A stretch of DNA of 63,568 nucleotides, counting the filler, from Sphacelaria rigidula (Eukaryota): assembly GCA_964200075.2 (NCBI GenBank). It is 8 parts of 8 records of this genome, joined end to end, with 100 filler letters (N's around TTAATTAATTAA, not from the genome) between each part and the next. Parts side by side here need not be neighbours in the genome. Positions count along the whole stretch, not along the records: positions 55,711 to 63,568 come from CAXNAA020013206.1; 7 more parts are not named here. One strand, given 5' to 3'. Below the pieces are notes generated by a model that was not told the DNA's origin, made no database searches, and saw only the letters and a program-made list of their open reading frames with translations. Position 1 is the first letter of the stretch. The number at the start of each line of letters is the position of its first letter. Below, piece after piece: positions 60,171 through 63,568 of this stretch. Made by a program: the position numbers and the translations under genes.

Positions 60171-62708
60171 GAAGACGAGAGGCGCGTACTGATGAGAAAT
60201 AAGCGCCTGGCAGAAGCGCTGGGTATCAGGGCGGCGCTCGGTGCCGGGGCAGCGATCGGAGGGGCGAAGGTCGGGATGGGTTTACGCACGATGCACAATG
60301 TTGTGGAATACTTTTCATGCAGATAATGTTGGGGGCAAAGGTCGGGACGGGTTTACGCACGTTGCATGATGTTATGTGATACTTTTCATGCAGATACGGG
60401 CTGGGCCAGTCAAGAGTAGGTGTCAATCTCGCTCAGGCGACGCATGGCGCGATATCAGGAGTTAGATGCTGAAATTTTGACTGCAGCTTTTTATGATCGA
60501 GATCCAGATCACGTGAGTAGCGAAAATGAAAGAAACAAACAAGGAAGTTGTGGGCATTTCGAATTTAAACAAAAACAAGATAATGTCATGAGCCCAGAAA
60601 AAAGCAGAATCTGCAGCTGCTCACGTAGACATCATACTTGGAACGGACCTCAAGGCTATGTCCTGAATGGCGCTTGTTCGATTTTGTTACATGTATTCAT
60701 GTGCCCCCCGGTTCTCGAGTAGGCCTTTTTTCTGTTGCTTTTCAAGGCATTCGGATCTACAATCAAGCAGTTTAATTTTCCTGATGAGACCGCTCCTTAT
60801 AGCAAACAAAAGTATAAATTTGGAAAATTGGCTGTATAGAGCTTACGAGTCGTTTCACGCCCTCCAAGAGGGCTAGGCGGGTTTTGACACCCGAGAATAC
60901 CTTGCTGTACTCGATGAGACGGTTCCAGCACACCTGTGCGTCTTTCCGATGGCTGCAGTTTTTTTCTTGCCCAGACTTGCATTATTCTCGGAGATCGCTC
61001 ATTTGTTTCGGAGGTCGGTCAAGTCCACATAAATTCGCGAAGTTTTTCTGCACTTGACCAGTCTCCGAGAAAAATGAGCAATCTCCGATAAAAGGCAAGT
61101 CTGGGCAAGAAGAAAACTGCGTCCACCGGAAAACGCACAGGTGTGCTGGAACCATCTCAACGAGTACAGCAAGGAATTTCAAGATGTCAAAATTCGCTTA
61201 CAAATAACTCCCTTTTAGGGCGTAAAACGACTTGAAAGCTCCCAAAAGCCACTTTTCTAGACTTATATTTCTGTTTGCTAATAGCAAAGGCCTGATACCG
61301 ATGAACTGTGCTCATACTTGTTTTCATGGATTGCGCTACGTTCATGGACGAATCATATCATAGGCTAACCGGTGTTGCAACCGATTCCCCCAGTCACGTG
61401 TTGCCTTTTTCTTGAGGTTTTCCTTGAACACGGTGTGCAGGTTGGGGCGGGCGGCGCCCTTTTGTGAAATGAGGGGTACTGCGGCTACAAAATGATCAGG
61501 CTCCCCATCATGAGCTCGCAAGGAAATGGGGTCGGAAAGACATAGTACCCTTCCCCCCCAGATTCGAGGTTGATGAAACCATGATGGTAGTCGAGTTAGA
61601 TCATGCTGTGCGGTGTGGGAGAACCTCAACTCCGCACCAAGGAGATCATAGTAGTGGTGAGACACCCATGAGGCAGTATATAAACCGTCACTGTCTCTGG
61701 AAGTGGCGATATAAAAAAATGAAGCAGCTCATCGTAGGCTGTCCTCCAAATGCGAGATAATCAGTTGGCTTGGGGCCGAAGAACCTTATCAGGATGCAGT
61801 TCACCCTTCATTCGACTCACCGAACACACCACGGCGCTTCGCGCTTTGTGATTGAGTCCGAGCCTGGTCCGGCGAAAACCTAGCGTTTTTCGTCCCGACT
61901 TTTAGAGGGATGCGAGGTCAATGGTCTGGTGACTGTGGCATGCATGGTCATGAGTACCCCTCCCCCCCACCCCTAGTGGTGTAGGGATGCGAGGTTAATG
62001 ATCATTCAGCTACGGCATGCAAGATCATGAAAACACTCACACCTACCCCACACACATCCATCCAACCTCTTCAAGCCCGCCCGCCCTGGGCATACTAATG
62101 GGGCCCTGTTTTCACTAGGTGCTGTTCTTCCGCGTGTTTCCTGTCGCGTAGGTGGGAACGTCAGCGGATGGCTCGGCTGTGGCGATGGGGCTCGGGGACG
62201 GCTTAGACGCCATTCGCGACCACCTGACCAGGACGAACTACTCCACTTTTCTTGTTGCGTGGGCAAGGTGAGAGAATACGCTGTTCTTCGTTTTCATTGT
62301 CCCCTTCCCCAATCCGTGATTCCAATCTTTCCCCTTGATCAAACATATTAGTTGCTGTCATCCATCCGCCCAGGGGTCGTCCATTTTGTTTGACACCCTG
62401 CTGAACCCTTTTGGAACCGAACCTTCAGAACGATCAATGAGGGTAGTCAGGACTGACGTGTCTGGCGTCTGCACGAAACAGTGGCGTGTTGCTGAAAATC
62501 CGCGTGTGTAACCGCAGGGTCGTGACGAAGACCGAAAGTTTCGATTTATTTTCAGGTGCAGGGTACGCATTAGGTAGTGTACATCTAATGTAACAAGCAG
62601 TATCGGTCGTGAGCTTCCAACAGGGTGCTGCGACCGGCGGGCCGCCCGCCACTTGTGGCTTTGGATGATACTTTGGTCCCCATCACCTTGCCACGCAGCC
62701 CTCTGTGA
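60171..62708 (+). CDS. Possible 3' exons of an uncharacterised gene
   Basis: Phase-compatible exons with good splice sites: 60171-60269 (EDERRVLMRNKRLAEALGIRAALGAGAAIGGAK), 62152-62267 (VGTSADGSAVAMGLGDGLDAIRDHLTRTNYSTFLVAWA) and a terminal exon at 62624-62708. No motif was recognised. Confidence 0.5.
60261..60395 (+). repeat. Tandem duplication (about 70-nt period) spanning a splice donor
   Basis: The unit ggggc.aaggtcggga.gggtttacgcacg.tgca..atgtt.tg..atacttttcatgcagata occurs twice. Confidence 0.88.
60800..61280. mobile_element. Foldback element of about 480 bp (TAGCAAAC..GTTTGCTA)
   Basis: Long inverted arms, for example ccttgctgtactcg.tgaga.ggttccagcacacctgtgcg versus cgcacaggtgtgctggaaccatctcaacgagtacagcaagg, centred near 61037. 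No TSD could be resolved. Confidence 0.85.
61580..61956 (-). repeat. Dispersed repeat subfamily B, partial, with a further short copy at ~61980-62030
   Basis: Reverse complement of the 44949 copy, ending in catgagtac followed by a C-run. Confidence 0.88.
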
Positions 62709-63568
62709 TGGGAGTGGGTCGCCATTTCTCACCTTGTTGCATGCGGCAAATTTTCTTCGAACGGTATTAGCGTCGCGGCGCGCATGCATGCAACAGTATA
62801 GTACCGTACAGTGTAGCACGCCTCTCCAACTGAAGCAGCAGCTGCCGCTGCATACGCCCTTGCACGTTCTGGGCAATTCTCCGCTACCGAAACCAGCTGC
62901 CTATATACAGCTTTGTCATCCCCGTCCCCAACATACATGTGGACTGCACACTGCAAGTCATCCGCAGAGAGATACGTAGAATTCATGACGGTATCTCATT
63001 TTGTCTTTCCACAGCCCACCTGGGTTTAGTGCCTCGTGAAAATGACCACATCGTGGCATGTACGCTCCTTCCCGTTCTTTCCGGTCCACCCTGTGTTAGT
63101 GTAAATTACTACCCTCAAGTATAGAATTGAGACCCGAAAAATACTCCGGAAAAACTCAGGAACGGTTACTAGTAATACCATCGAACCAAGCCGCGACCAT
63201 CCTGCACTTGGAAACCTGGAGAGGCTTATCTGGGCCAGGGATAGGGCCCCCACACGATTGCAGTGGCATCACACTCTACAACAATCCCTGCGCTGGACGT
63301 TTGGGTCTGGTCGATAATTTTCGCCTCGCCGTTGGCAGGTTGCTCGAAGACTTATTTTTAAGTATTTCACTGACATGGGATCAACCCTGTCTTAGTGGGG
63401 ATCCGGTCCCAAAAGGGTTAATACCTGCCCCCCCTCCCCCCCCCCTCCTTCCGGGATTGCTAGCCTGGTCCGGCGAGAACCCGGCGTGCTCCGTCCCGGC
63501 TTTGTAGGGGCGGATCCCCGATGGGGTTGGCGTCGGTTGGCGATGACGCTGTAAAACACGCCACTCAC

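Overview
This is eukaryotic, intron-rich, repeat-rich DNA, most likely from a brown alga or a close stramenopile relative. That assignment is inferred from the gene content, the intron style and the TTAGGG-type repeats. The window is not one locus. It is eight contigs of 7858-7859 bp joined by identical 100-nt N/TTAATTAATTAA spacers, so nothing can be inferred across the spacers. Spliced genes I could reconstruct by hand are: a C-terminal part of an axonemal outer-arm (gamma-type) dynein heavy chain, part of a MOV10/SDE3-like RNA helicase, a Pmp-like GGA(I/L/V)/FxxN repeat protein, two uncharacterised multi-exon genes, and one complete three-exon gene. That complete gene (51451-52877) encodes a secreted, charge-balanced protein with a Lys/Gly block followed by an Asp/His/Tyr block, behind a signal peptide and an RXL motif. 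Its architecture recalls diatom silaffins and cingulins, and it is the best candidate for a new system. Mobile DNA includes two decayed Ty1/copia elements, a Ty3/gypsy gag-protease remnant, LINE fragments, several foldback MITEs (two with AACAG ends and 4-bp target duplications), a TGT..ACA MITE carrying telomere-like repeats, and an abundant unclassified repeat family bounded by G-tracts. Three introns appear to use GC donors.
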